DNA from: the human T2T-CHM13v2.0 reference genome, Homo sapiens
DNA: 64,000 nucleotides
Direction: 5' to 3' (one strand)
NCBI RefSeq assembly: GCF_009914755.1
Contig: NC_060927.1
Below, one piece after another: positions 1 through 13,275 of this stretch. A model generated the notes under the pieces. The model did no database searches and was not told where the DNA came from. It was given only the letters and a program-made list of their open reading frames with translations. The position numbers were made by a program, and so were the translations under genes. The first letter of the stretch is position 1. Each line of letters opens with the position of its first letter.

Positions 1-282
1 GATCCAAGCCAGTTAATTACCAGATCAAATTTAATTCTGGACCCAGTCCAGTTCCTATCGCAACTTCCAAACCCAGTTTGGATCAGAAATTTGCTCAAAG
101 AAACTCAAAGTACTCAAAACACAAATCTGTGGAGCTCCAAAATCTAAGAGAGGATTTATTCATGATCTGAAGACATTCAGAGATTAAGGGACACAAGTAG
201 GTCCTTGAAGGTACCTTGCTTATTCACTCACCACTCCTGGGGGCTGCTAGAAGCTGTACTTCGGATCCCATTTCTAACACCA
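1..282 (-). mobile_element. ERV1 internal 5' leader (MER57-int-like) with tRNA-Leu-type primer binding site
   Basis: Minus strand at ~261-282 reads TGGTGTTAGAAATGGGATCCGA, close to the Leu PBS TGGTGTCAGAAGTGGGAT, 2 nt downstream of the LTR end. Confidence 0.75.
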
Positions 283-284
283 GC

Positions 285-670
285 TGTTAAAATAAAAACT
301 TTAGCTGAATTAAATTTAAAGGAGTCTAATTAAGCAATGAATGCTTCATGAATCAAGAAGCTCCCAGAATCACAGGAGATTCAGAGACTCCAGTGCAGCC
401 ATGTGTTGGAAAAAAAATTTATGGACAAAAAAAGGGAAATGATGTACAGAAATTGAAAGTGAGGTACAGAAACAACTGGATAGATTACAGCTTGGTGTCT
501 GCCTTATTTAAAAATGGTTCAAAAAGCTGGCTACATTTGGTTGGCCGAAACTCAGTGATTGGGCTACAGTTGGTTTACACCTCCACTTGTTGTAGTTCAT
601 GATGTACAGAAAAACCTTTAGACCAAACTCAAGCATGTGAGGAAACAGCTTTGGCTAAACTTGATTAACA
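285..670 (-). mobile_element. MER57-family ERV1 LTR (5' LTR of a provirus extending left out of the window)
   Basis: Minus strand TGTTAATCAAGTTTAGCCAAAGCTG...TTTTAACA with TG..CA termini; matches recalled MER57A/B consensus. Confidence 0.85.
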
Positions 671-1326
671 GTAGCAATAAGATACCAGCATAACACCAGG
701 CCCTGAAAGAGTTTACAGTATTTTACCCCAAATGTAGTTCTTTGACATATTTTGAAATGGCCTAGCAAAGCTGTCTTTTGTGGAGAAAATCTACATTCTA
801 TAGATAATCCACTTATTTTTCCAGGTCTTTCTCCTAATCCAGGAGAGAATTAGCTATGAGTCTGGCATCTTTTTAACTCCAATAAGAAAGATTTACAATC
901 TATTCTCTCCGAAGCTTGCTACCTGGAGACTTCATCTGCATAATAAGAATCTTGGTCTCCACAACCTCTTCTCTTAACCCAGAAACTCCATTCTATTGAT
1001 TCCAAGTCTTTCGAGACTATTTCAACCCACTGCCAATCAGAAAATCTTTGAATTCACTTATGCCCTGGAAACCCTCCCTGCTACACTTGCACACTTTGAG
1101 TTGTCCCACCTTTCTGGACTGAATCAATGTATATTGTATTTATTGATGTCTTATGTCTCCCTAATATGTATAAAGCCAAGCTTAGCCTGACCACCTCAGG
1201 CACATGTTCTCAGGATCTCCTGGTGCTGTGTCATGGACCATGGTCACTCATATTTGGCTTAGAATAAAACTCTTTAAATAGCTTACAGAATTTTTTGTAA
1301 ACTTTCTGTAAACTTTTCTTCCAACA
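671..1326 (+). mobile_element. MER4-family (MER4E/D-like) ERV1 LTR, 3' part
   Basis: GTAGCAATAAGATACC, TTTGACATATTTTGAAATGG, GGTCACTCATATTTGGCTTAGAATAAA, ends CCAACA. Confidence 0.8.
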
Positions 1327-1334
1327 AATGGTAA

Positions 1335-1410
1335 TGAAGATTCTCACTTTGACCAAACTCTAGTCAGGCTCCTCTGAGCCCTTTTCTCAATTAGGCCTTA
1401 ACTCTGGACT
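1335..1410 (+). mobile_element. MER31-like LTR 5' fragment
   Basis: TGACCAAACTCTAGTCAGGCTCCTCTGAGCCCTTTTCTC resembles the MER31 start. Confidence 0.5.
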
Positions 1411-2418
1411 TTTTATAAAAACTGCAGATGTTCAGCAGAAATTATTTTGTTTCATTCCCTCTTCTACGTATGGAATCTGATACCCTGCAGGTGTAGGCTA
1501 ACCCTCCAGTTACTATCTGGCAGGTTAAGGCAGCCAGCCTAAGAAGTAAACGGTTGAATGTGGCAATAGCCTACTTGAAAAAAATGTACATGTCATAGAC
1601 TCAGAAATCTCGTGAGAGGTTACTTTCAAAAGGAGAATTTTCAATAATCTTGATTAATTATTCTTTTTTCATTTAATCTTGGTTCAACTTTTAGTGAGTT
1701 TCTCAGAATTTGCTCTTTTAACAAAATGTTTGTTTTTAAAAATACCTGCTTGAAGATTAGCTCTTACTAACATAAATACAATACTGAGGATATATATCTA
1801 CTGACAAATTAAAACAAAGGATAGATGTGAAAGTAAAGGTTTTGAATTTTTAGGAATTTCTCCAAAGGCAGGGTTTCTATAATAATTTATCTTGGCTTAT
1901 CACTGAGAAAAAAATGCTTCTTTATTATAGCTATTGTTTGGAAAGTAGAGAGGGCACAAAAAAATATTTTAAGGATTCACTGAAGCACAGCTTCAAACAA
2001 AATAGCTACTTGGTACCTGCTGGGAAACAAAGTCTCAGACAAACCAGCCTGGCAGGTAGCATTGAGGAGTCAAATAGTTGTTTCCCAGTATTACCTTCAG
2101 GAAGAATGCAAGGGTAGGAGGTTGAGTGTCAAACAACAGACTCTGGCAACAAACTAATGGACACTTTCATAAACATACAAAGGGTACGATATTGTTGCTT
2201 CCACATTAAATTTTTTCAGTAATGTTTTACCCCAATACACACTGATAATTACATCTGTTTATAAGTATCACAAACATGTAGCTACCATATACAACGTACA
2301 TTCACCCAAATGGAAAATAATGGTGGGAAAGTGGAAGACATTTCCTCAGGAATTAGACCAGAAAATATCATAGTCACACTGGTATGGCTAGAAATTTCAC
2401 TCCTTGTAACGTTCCTAA

Positions 2419-2773
<355 letters not shown>

Positions 2774-3077
2774 TTTTTTCTTTTATTGTTTTTTAGTATT
2801 AGTTTTTGAGACCCTGTTTTGCTCTGCCACCCAGGCTGGAGTGCCGTGGGTTGATCATGGCTCACTGGAGCCTCGATCTGCTGAACTCAAGCAATCCTCC
2901 AATCTCGGCTACCCTAGTAGCTGGGACTACAGGTGGGCCACCATGCCTGGCTATTTTTTGTACAGATAGGGTTTTGCCATGTTGCCAGGCTGGTTTTGAA
3001 CTCCTGGGTTCAAGCAATCTACCTGCCTTGACCTCCCAAAGTGCTGAGATTACAGGCATGAACCACCATGCTGGGTT
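2774..3077 (-). mobile_element. AluJ
   Basis: Diverged Alu with GATCATGGCTCACTG and CTCCTGGGTTCAAGCAATC. Confidence 0.85.
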
Positions 3078-4124
3078 CCTTTTTTAGAAATGTATCATGA
3101 GACAACTGGATTTTCACTTACCATTATGATGCTGCAGGAGCCCAGTCATTAATCTTCATTAGCTCATTATAGTCAAGCATCTTCTGTCTGTAACCTGAGT
3201 GTTGCAGAAGTCAAATAAAAATCAAACAACTGTGTTATATATTCCCACAGCACAATTCATCCTTCTTCTTTCTCTCTCCCCCATTTTTCTCCAACTTTGT
3301 TAATGCACAAACTTTGAGCCTTTGGCGAGATCTTAGGAATCAGTAAGGTCTCAAGTTCTAATAAAAGTAGAACATTTTTCAATGACATGTACAACTTGCT
3401 TTCTCTTCCACTCTCATATCATTCTTCATTTGTAAAAAAATTAAATAAAATAATACAATTTAATAACTTTCACACCATTATCAAATTCCTCACTTCTAGG
3501 TCACATTCCCTTTATGTCTCCCTGCACTAATCGATCAAGTTTTTCACTGTTTTTTAACAGTTTGCTACATTTTTCTCTTCTCTGATTTTGTGTGCATTAT
3601 GAATCTAATATAGACAATTTACCCCATAGTGCTACTTACCATAGACAAACATTGCAGTACTATCTTCAAGGCCTTCTTCTCTAGTAAAATGTTCCTGATT
3701 CTCTTATCTATATATGATCTCACCCTTTTAGACTTTCATAGCAAGCCCTGTATTAGTCGCACTCTTGTGTGTCACCTCTCTCTTGCATGTTGTACATGGT
3801 ATCCTAATCACAGAACGGGCAAAACCACTTTTTTAATTAAAAACTAAGTTTTAGAATAAATTATGAAGTATCATTAGAAGCTGTCCTGACTCTCAGTCAT
3901 GATGGAAGCCATGTTGCAGTAACAGGAAAAACTCAAATCCTGCTATGGAATCATTTCCAATGCTGGCCAGCTGTGGTAGGTAGAAAATAAATTATTAAAC
4001 ATTCTCAAATACTTGAATAAAATTGTGACAAGTTTCCTAATACCCGGAATTTCCATGTTAGACATGTCTAGTCCTTTATCATGCGAATTGATTTCTCTTA
4101 AACATATTCTACTTTTTCTATATC

Positions 4125-4260
4125 TAGAATGACCCTATATTCATCATTTAAAGCAGAACACTATTGAAAATGAAAAAGGCCACTGTTAGTGATTATTTCC
4201 TAAAACAGATATAAATATAAAATAGGACTTTCCCAGGCAAATCAGTATCTATATCTCTCT
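4125..4260. mobile_element. MER94-like hAT DNA transposon relic
   Basis: Degenerate match: TAGAATGACCCTATA...GAACACTATTGAAAATGAAA...GGACTTTCCCAGGCAAA. Confidence 0.45.
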
Positions 4261-6972
4261 CAAAATGATATGCCTAGAACTTAACATGGTTTTCCATTGT
4301 GATCTATTAGACAGTAAAATGTATCATCTTCACTCCAATATCACATAATATCAACTTAGATATTTGGCCACCATAGTACATCATTCCTTCATTCATTTAT
4401 TCACAATATTCAGTGAGCTTTTTATCAACTAAAATTGCTGGATAATTTTTAATGAATTTCTACTTACCTCATCCTCTACTTACAAGTGTGGTTTCTTAGA
4501 CCCAAGTGACCTTTCAAAACATGTATTTGCTAAATGTTTGAAACAGAACAAAATCAAAGATTTTGATCACTCCATTGTAAAATTTATTCCAAGAGGCCAA
4601 TAATGAAACAGAGAGTTTAGTGTGTGAGCAGCTATATAAATTGTACAAAGTCACAGGGATATAACTGAGATAACACAAAGGACATCAAATTCTCATCATA
4701 TTTTTAATTCCCTCTTCTTTATTAGACATTGTACTTCAAAGTTCTGAAAGACAATTTGTTTGGGAACACCCTGAACAAAGACACATGGTTGGATTGTCAA
4801 ATGAGACTCACACAAATTAGAAAATTTATTTTATATTAAACTTTACCAATAAACTCAAGTGCACATGAAATTGAATAAGATTATGTATATATATGTAATC
4901 ATTTACCCAGAAGCTTTCTAGGTCCTTTCTTCTCACATTAGGACAGATTCTGGTCAAGATTTAACAATCAATGACTGTAAGAAATGTATGCAGCCATTAC
5001 TTGCACATAAGTAAGCTGTTTATTCACAAAACTTCGTTGTATACTGTAACAGTTACAGGTTACATGATATTTCTTATAAAGTCATACTCCATGAATCGAT
5101 GGATTTCGGGTTTCTTCACCATAAGCAATTCTCAAGAGACCAGGGTTATCTTGCTAAAGCATTCTATATGCAGATACGTCCACCACAACATACCAACAAT
5201 GTATTTGGCAAGGAAATTTGATTGGGTCACTTCTCTTTGCAGAGAATCTCCCAGTAAATGAAGAGAGTAGATTACAGGCAAGCTGCTAATCTCTTTCTAT
5301 CAAATACTGGGTGAGGTCATAAAAAGTGATTTTTGTCTTAGTGGTTTAGCAGGGCATCTTCTCAAGAGCAGCTGTGAGTTTCTTGGTTAGATTCCTGTTT
5401 AGTATAGAGTCATGAAGTTTAGCCATAGAAGCCTTTGATGAGTGACTCCTTCATTTGCATTTAGAATCTGGGATGTAAGTAAAGATGATCATTAGATTTT
5501 CATGCTTTTTAATTAGACACACTAAAATCAGTAAAACTAGTTCTCTCTCTAAATTTATTAATACTTTAAATTTTCTTAATTGTCTCTACCTTCATTAATG
5601 GATATACCCTTACATTCTATTTGAAGGAAAGTCATTTTCTCTCACCCAATGTATATTTCTTTTACCTTGTTTTTTGAGGTTGACAATTGGTGAATTAGCT
5701 TTGTCATTCAGGAGTGTGTTTAAAGGTTTAGGAGACTGATATCCAAATTAACATAACTTCCAAGAACAATTTAAAATTTCACAGGAAAGGCAATTCTAGT
5801 GAAATTTCCAGAAATTTAATTGCAATTAATTTTGCAACTGACTGAACACATATATTCCCAATAAATAAAATGATTACAGATATTTATACTTTTAGATTTG
5901 TTAGTATTTTGCTTGGAGTAATTTTAAGACATTCGAAGATGAAAACCAATGAACAGTCTACCAATCATATTATCCAGTTGTTCTAATTGTACTCTATTTC
6001 ATGCTGTGTAATAACAAAGAACCCAGCCTCCAGAAATATTACTTGTTTTTTTCTTCATATCACCTTAAAACGATGATCATGGAAGGCTTTACTTTTTCAC
6101 TATAGGCCACTAACTATAATGTCAAAATACTGCCTATCTAATGTAAAGAAGGCTAAAATTTGCTTGAAATCTTGATACACAATTTTGACTTCTCTGCATT
6201 CAGAATTGCTATAAAAACCACTCCCATTATGACTATGTGTTTTGAATTTGAAAAATCATCTTATATTTATACAAAGATAATTAGAAATGTACAAAGGCAA
6301 ATTGAAAGCCTACTCCAACTCTGCCAGTTACTTTCCTCCTTTTCTTCTTTCTTACATTTCTACCAAAAATTTACATGTTCTTTATAACAATTCAAACATA
6401 TATAACTCTGCTCTGATACTTTTAGGTACTGGTATGATGGTATAAGCCTATCTGACTCTGAATACACTCCATGCTACCATCTAACTGAAAAATTGCTTGA
6501 TGGGATATTTATGTTCATTTCCATTAGGATATGAGTAATAGAAAATAGTGAGTGATTTAGCATGAATTATACACATTATCAAACTGATATTTTCTGTCTT
6601 TTCTCTGTGTCATCTGTATCATATTGATAGCCTCTATAAATAAATACATGAAACTACATTAATCCACTTGAGGCAACAGGATGTGATACTTATTAAAGCA
6701 GTTCCTCATAAAATATAATTATGACTAGCACAATCACTGTTTTGACAATGAAATTAAGAATAATAATACAATTTTCTAAAAACCTCTAGAACAAAACAAC
6801 TGGATCATAAATCAATTCATAACAATTTATATTTGTTGAGAACATATCAAATTGCTTACTCTACTTTTTCATGAATTTTACATTGTAAGTGTCATTATCT
6901 AGATGAGAAAAAGTCTTGCAAGAGAAAAGATTTTACTAAACTATAATATAAAGTTACAGCTAGTAGGTTTAT

Positions 6973-7078
6973 GAAAGAAAAAGAAAGAAAAGGAAAGAGA
7001 GAGAGAAGGAAGGAAGGAAGGAAAGAGAGAAAGAAAGGAAAGAAAGAAAAAGAAAGAAAGAGAAAGAAAGAAAGAAAG
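6973..7078 (+). repeat. (GAAA)n/(GGAA)n polypurine microsatellite
   Basis: About 105 bp consisting only of A and G. Confidence 0.95.
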
Positions 7079-7279
7079 TTTCTGTATAGTAGTTTAAAAC
7101 CTACATTGCAAATATTGAATTAGTGATAATGCTGACTTATCAAGAAAAGGTTCATGTATTTTCTGTGCAATGCGTTCAAAAGGCAATATATATCTAGTTT
7201 ATATAATGTTATATATTAAATGTATTACATTATAAACACATCTCATTCCAATGGATCACTGTGTTAATACTAGAACAGA

Positions 7280-7510
7280 GTAATTAATGCATAGTCTCTA
7301 GCAGTCTGAGTTATAGTTCTAGCTCTAACACTTTAACTAAGTCTCTAATATTAAGTATATTGCTTAATTTCGATATACCTCCTTTTCTCATATACCAAAC
7401 GTGGATTGAAAGTAACTCATTATAGATTTGTTGTGAGCTGTAAAAGAGTCAATACATCTAAAGCTTGTAGGCTTATGTCTAGCACAAAGTAATTATAAGT
7501 AAACGTTTTT
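7280..7510 (+). mobile_element. MIR
   Basis: Degenerate MIR core and 3' end (GATTTGTTGTGAG...TCTAGCACAAAGTAA). Confidence 0.55.
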
Positions 7511-7529
7511 CTTTCATTATCATTTATAT

Positions 7530-7700
7530 AAATAACCTCATTTAATTATCACCATAACCCCATGAAGTAAGTATAAATGTAATAGTTTCACAAATAATGA
7601 AACTAAACCCATAAAAGATCAATTATATTTGCAAAGTTACATAGAGTTGAAGATTTTAATTTGTACTCTGGTTGGTTGGCCTGATTCCATAACCTGTAAA
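7530..7700 (-). mobile_element. MIR
   Basis: CTCATTTAATTATCACCATAACCCCATGAAGTAAG...GAAACTAAACCC. Confidence 0.5.
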
Positions 7701-7834
7701 CTTACCTGGTACAAAATATTGCTTCACATTTTATATGTTATTGAATGCATAAGCAAAAAACATTCATAAACACAAACATAGATTTTAAAATATTAATTAA
7801 TTTTTATAAATGATAAAAAGTACAAATGAATGAA

Positions 7835-8590
7835 CTTTTTTGTACATCAACATCCAATTTATTCAGCAACACTAATTTAAAAATGTTTATTCCTTTTTCA
7901 TGAATTTTCTTTGCAACTTTGTCAAAAATAAATGACCATATATGCATGGATAAATTTCTGAACTCCCCTATAGTCTTTCATGTATTTACATATCTATAAC
8001 TTAAGAAATTTGGCACTGCCTAGATGACTTAACTTGGTAGTGTTAAAACTAGATAGTAGATTCCTCCAGCTCTCCTTTGTGAAAATTATTTTGGCCGCTC
8101 TAATTTATTTGTTCTTTTTCCATGAATATTTTAAAAATAGTTTATTTACTTCAACCAAACACCTTACTAGAATATTAATTTGGTTAGCATTAAATCCATA
8201 TGTCAATTTGAAGAGAATTACTAACAATTTTGAGTTTTCCAATTTATGAACACAGTATATTTCTCTATTTATATCTTCCTTGACTTATTTCATTAATGTT
8301 TTGTAGTATTCTGCATACAAATCTTCCATGCATTTAGGTATACCTGTCCCTATGTATCTGTTGGTTCATATAGTTAAAGGCAGGTAGGTAGGTAGATAGC
8401 TAGACAGAGATAAATTAAAATTCCATTTCTCATTGCTTCTATGTAGAAATACAATGCATTGTTGGTATATAGATCTTGTCTCCTGCCAACTTACTCAACT
8501 GAGTTATTAGTTCTAGAAGCTTTTTGTGTAAAATCTTTTGGATTTCAATATGGTTATATACAGTTTCAACGAGTACACATCATTTTGCCT
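7835..8590 (-). mobile_element. Old L1M ORF2 fragment
   Basis: T-rich antisense L1 motifs (CTTTGTCAAAAATAAATG, TTTGAAGAGAATT, TTATTAGTTCTAGAAGC). Confidence 0.7.
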
Positions 8591-8622
8591 AGTAAGTAGG
8601 AAACTCTCATTTAGTGACCCAG

Positions 8623-8990
8623 TATCTTAGTCTATTTGGATTGCAACAACAAAATACCTGGGTGGTTTATAAACAACAGAAATTTATTTCTCATAATTCT
8701 ACAGGCTGGGAAGTCCATAATCAAGGTACAAGCTGATTTTGTGTCTGGTGAGATCCCGTTTTTGTGTTCATAGATGGTGCTTTCTCACTGTGTCCTTACA
8801 TAGTGGAAGAGACAAGCAGCTCTCTGGGGTCTCTTTTAAAGTAGGACGCACCTCATTCATGAGGCCTATTTTCTTACAACTTAGTCATCTCCCAAAGGCT
8901 CCACCTTTTAATAACTTTTAATACCATTACATTGGAGATTAGGTTTAAACATATCCATTTAGGGGGAACATGAATATTCAGATTGTAGTG
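8623..8990 (-). mobile_element. MLT1A-type MaLR LTR
   Basis: TATAAACAACAGAAATTTATTTCTCA...GGCTGGGAAGTCC...CCCAAAGGCTCCACC. Confidence 0.85.
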
Positions 8991-11926
8991 CCTACCTACC
9001 CTTCTTCTAGAGAGATCAATCTTTATTTTTACTCTGAAAGTTAACCAGTTTTCTCTAAAAAGGTTAAGTAGAAGACTCTATCTTTACTACACTGGTATGT
9101 CTCTGGGGAGGGAGATATCCCTAATCATTACTTTTATAAAAGGTCTCATAAACATGTTGGACATAAACATAGATGATTAAACTAGAAAAGTCCTTTTTCA
9201 AGTTATCTGCATCATTTTTGGAAACTGTTTATGTTTTATAAAATGTAAATAAATTTACTCCCTAAAGATTTGTAGTAAGGATAAAATTAAAGAACATACT
9301 TTAAGAAATGATCTCTTACATTGGAACTCTGTGTAAAATTTCACAGAATTTTCTCAAATCATTGAATGACCTTTTGGAATATATAATTTGTTTAGACTTT
9401 TCTAGTTCTTTACCTTCAAAATCCTATTTAATCTTGGGGTAAAGGGTCATTTTCATCCAACTAGGTAGAGAAAGCTGTGATAATATTAGGTATAGAATTT
9501 TTCAGGGACAGAAATCTGAATGTCACTAAAGTGGTACATTAGAAGCAAACTTTCTTCACTTGCCCCCTTCCACAGAAAATCAAAAACAAAGTGCCAAGAT
9601 TCTCATCAGCAATATCCCTGAATTTAAATATGATAATAATGCATTCCCCAGGGCTGCAAATAAGTGAAAAATACATTATGCAGACAATAGGAGAATCTAA
9701 CTTTTAAATCCATGATGCCCTTTTCCTAATCTGCCAGGCACCAAGCATGTGAAATTTTTCCTCAAACCCTGGTTACTACACTGGAAATAGTGATATCAAG
9801 CTTAACCACCATCCTGGGTTTTCTGTCAGAAGACCTGTCCCTACTTAAACCCAAGGGAAGCATCACAAGTGCCTGAAGGGAAAAAAATTCCTAAGGACAG
9901 CAGAGACAAAAGGTGGAAGTGGGACTAGCATCCATCCTCAGACCAGAAAACTCTGCTCTGTATATCACCCAAATTAGGTATCAAGTAAGAGTGGTTGTTA
10001 AGCAGCATCACAAGGTAGGCAGTACATTCCACGGGTCTCCTAGGCATGAACATCTAGCCATCCCTTCTGCACTGCCAGACTTTCTCTTTTGTTACCTTCC
10101 TCATATGGGCATGGCAGCATTCCATGTTTGCTAAAGCTGAGGAAAACCTGGGCCTAAGGCTACAGCTAGTGCCGAAAAGGCAGACAGTGACTCAGCCGTA
10201 AAAGGGAATTCAACAGGTATAGTCCACAGAAATCTCTATGCAAACATAACAAATGCAAATCAAAGCAAGCCAAACAGAGAAGACTGGAATAAATAGCTAA
10301 TCTTACAATGCAAAAAATGATATATGTCCACAGAAAAAAATAGCAAACAAGAAACCATGACTTCCACAAATGGACAAAACAAGACACCAATGACCAAACC
10401 CAATGAGACAGTGATAGGTGAGCTCCCTGATAAAGAATTTAAACTAGCAGTTTTTAGAAAACAGAAACTTCCAAAATAACACAGAACACAGTTTAGAAAT
10501 TTACCACAGTAATGTAATAAAGAGATAGAATTAGTAGTAATGAAACATAAAACAGAAATCCTGGAACTGAGAAATACATTTGCTGAACTGAAAAATTTAT
10601 CGGGTGCTCTCAACAGCAGAATGGATTGAGCAGAGGAAAGACAGTGAGCTCAAAGACAGGCTACAGAAGAATACAGTCTTAAGAGGGGAAGATATGAAAA
10701 TAAATGAAGAACAACTAGAAGATTAGAAAATTACTTCAAAGGTGCAAATCCAACAATTACTAATGTTCAAAGTGAATTTATCAAGAATAAGGAATAGAAA
10801 GTGTGTTTGAAGTAACAACAAAAACTTTTTCAAAATTTGCAAAAGACATAAATATCCAGGTACAGGAAAGTCAGTGAACACCAAAAAGATTAAACCTAAA
10901 TAAAACTATCCCAAGGCATACAATAAGCAAACTCTCAAAAGTTAAGAACAAAGAAAAGAAAAAAAAATCAGCAAGAGAAAAGAAGCAAATAACACAAAAG
11001 AAGCTCAAATTCATTTGACAACTGACATCTTAACAGAAATCATCCAGGCCAGGAGAAAGTGGGAATGGCATATTCAAATTACAGAAAGAAAAAGACTATA
11101 AACCAAGAATTTTGTATCTAATAAAGCTTTCCTTTAAAGATGAGGAAGAAATAGTCTTTCCCAAACAATAGATGAGGGAATTCATTACCATCAGACCTGT
11201 CTTACAAGAAATGCTAAGGGAAGTTTCTTCAATATGAAAGAAAAAACTACTAACATGCAAAAAGAAACCATTTGAAAGTATAAAACTCTGGAAAAGTAAG
11301 TACACAACTTAGAATACTCTAACCCTGTAATTGTGCTATGCATTCCACACACAACTCTACCCTGAAGACTAAAAGACAAATCTACCAAAAACAATAATAG
11401 CTACAGTAACATATTAAGGGATAACAAATATAAAAACATGTAAACTGGGACAACAGAAAGTCAAAATATGGTGGCATGGAGTTAAAGTATAGAGTTTTAA
11501 AGCTTTTCCTCTGTTTCTGTTTTTTTTTTCTTTACAATGAAAGAAAAGTTGTCATCTGTTTAAAATAACTTATTGTAACTATCAGATGATTTTTGTAAGT
11601 CTCAAGTTAACTACAAAGTGAAAACCTATAATAAATACAATAAAAATTAAAATCAATGAATTAAAGCATACCAACAGAGAAAATTACTTAACAACAAAGG
11701 AAGGTAGTAATAAAAAGGAGAGTGGTTAATTTAGTTTTCACTTTAATAAGAAAAGAACAGAGGATATATCAAATGACGAGAAAACAAGTAACAAAATGGC
11801 AGTAGTAAGTTCTTACCTATTAATAATAGCATTGGATGTAAATAGTCTCAATTCTCCCATAAAAAGATACAGAGAGGATAAATGAAACAAGATCCAAGTA
11901 AATGCTGCAAATAAGAAAACCTCTTC

Positions 11927-12265
11927 AGCTGGGCATGGTGGTTTATACCTGTAATCCCAGCACTTTGGGAGGCAGGGGCAGGCAGATCACAAGGTCAGGA
12001 GTTCGAGACCAGCCTGGCCAATATGGTGATACCCCATCTCTACTAAAAATACAAATATTAGCTGGGTATGGTGGTGCATGCCTGTAGTCCCAGCTACTCT
12101 AGAGGCTTAGGCAGGAGAATTGCTTGAACCTGGGAGGTGGTGGATGCAATAAGCCAAGATCGCACCACTGCACTCCAGCCTGGGGAACAGAGTAAGACTC
12201 CATCTCAGGGAAACAAACAAACAAACAAACAAAACCAACAACAACAACGACAACAACAAAAAAAA
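11927..12265 (+). mobile_element. AluS (Sg-like) with (CAA)n tail inside L1
   Basis: Full dimer, GATCACAAGGTCAGGAGTTCGAGACC. Confidence 0.9.
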
Positions 12266-12716
12266 CACTTCACCTATAAAGATACACAAAAAGTGATGCA
12301 GTAGAGAAAGATATTCTATGGAAATAAAAATTAAACAAGACCAAAGTAGTGATACTTATATCTGATAAAATATTTTACATGTCAAAAACTGTAAAACAAA
12401 AAAAGACACTAGAAAATGATAAAAGGGTCAATTAAACAAGGAAATATTACATTATAAATATCTATGCACTCAACACTGCAATACCCATGTATATAACAGG
12501 AACATTAATACATCTAGAAAGAGAGATGCAATATAATAATAGCAGAGGACTTCAACACCCTACTCTTAGTAATGGCAGGTAACCCAGACAGAAAATTAAA
12601 GAAACATTAAAGTTAAGCTAAGCACCAGACTAAATAGTTCAACCTGACATGTACAGAATATTTCACCCAACTGCTACAGAATATACAATTTTTTTTATCA
12701 GCAAATGGAACATTCT

Positions 12717-13275
12717 TGCTATAGTTTGGATTTTTTACCCTTTTAACATCGAATTGAATTGAGATCACCCAATGTTGAAGGTGGAGCCTAAAGAGAGATG
12801 TTTGGGTAATGGAGGCAAATCCCTTATAAACAGATTAATCCCTTCCTGAGGGGTGAGAGTTTGAGATATTTCTCACATTATTAGTTCCTGAGAGAGCTTT
12901 TTTAAAAAAGAGCCTGGAGTCTCCCCTTTATCTCTCATTTCTTCTCTTGCCATGTGATCTCTGTACCCACCAGCTACCTTTTCCCCTCCATCATTAGTGG
13001 AAACAGCTGGAGGCATTCACCAGAAGCAGATGCTGATGCTATTCTTCTTCTACAGCCTGAAGAACTGGGAGCCAAATAAACCTCTTTTCATTATACATTT
13101 TTCACCCTAGAGTATTTCTTTATAGTAACACAAATTGACTAAGACAGGAAATTGGGACTGAGTAGCAGGGCATTGCTATAAAGATACCTACAAATGTGAA
13201 AGTGGCTCTGGAACTGGGTAATGTGCAGAGTTTAGAAAATTTTGGAGTGTTCAGGAGAAGACAAAAAGACAAGTG
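12717..13275 (+). mobile_element. MSTB1-like LTR (12717-13146) plus ~130 bp of MST internal sequence, truncated
   Basis: TGCTATAGTTTGGAT...GAGCCAAATAAACCTCTTTTC...GACTAAGACA, then internal TTGCTATAAAGATACC...GGAACTGGGTAA. Confidence 0.85.
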
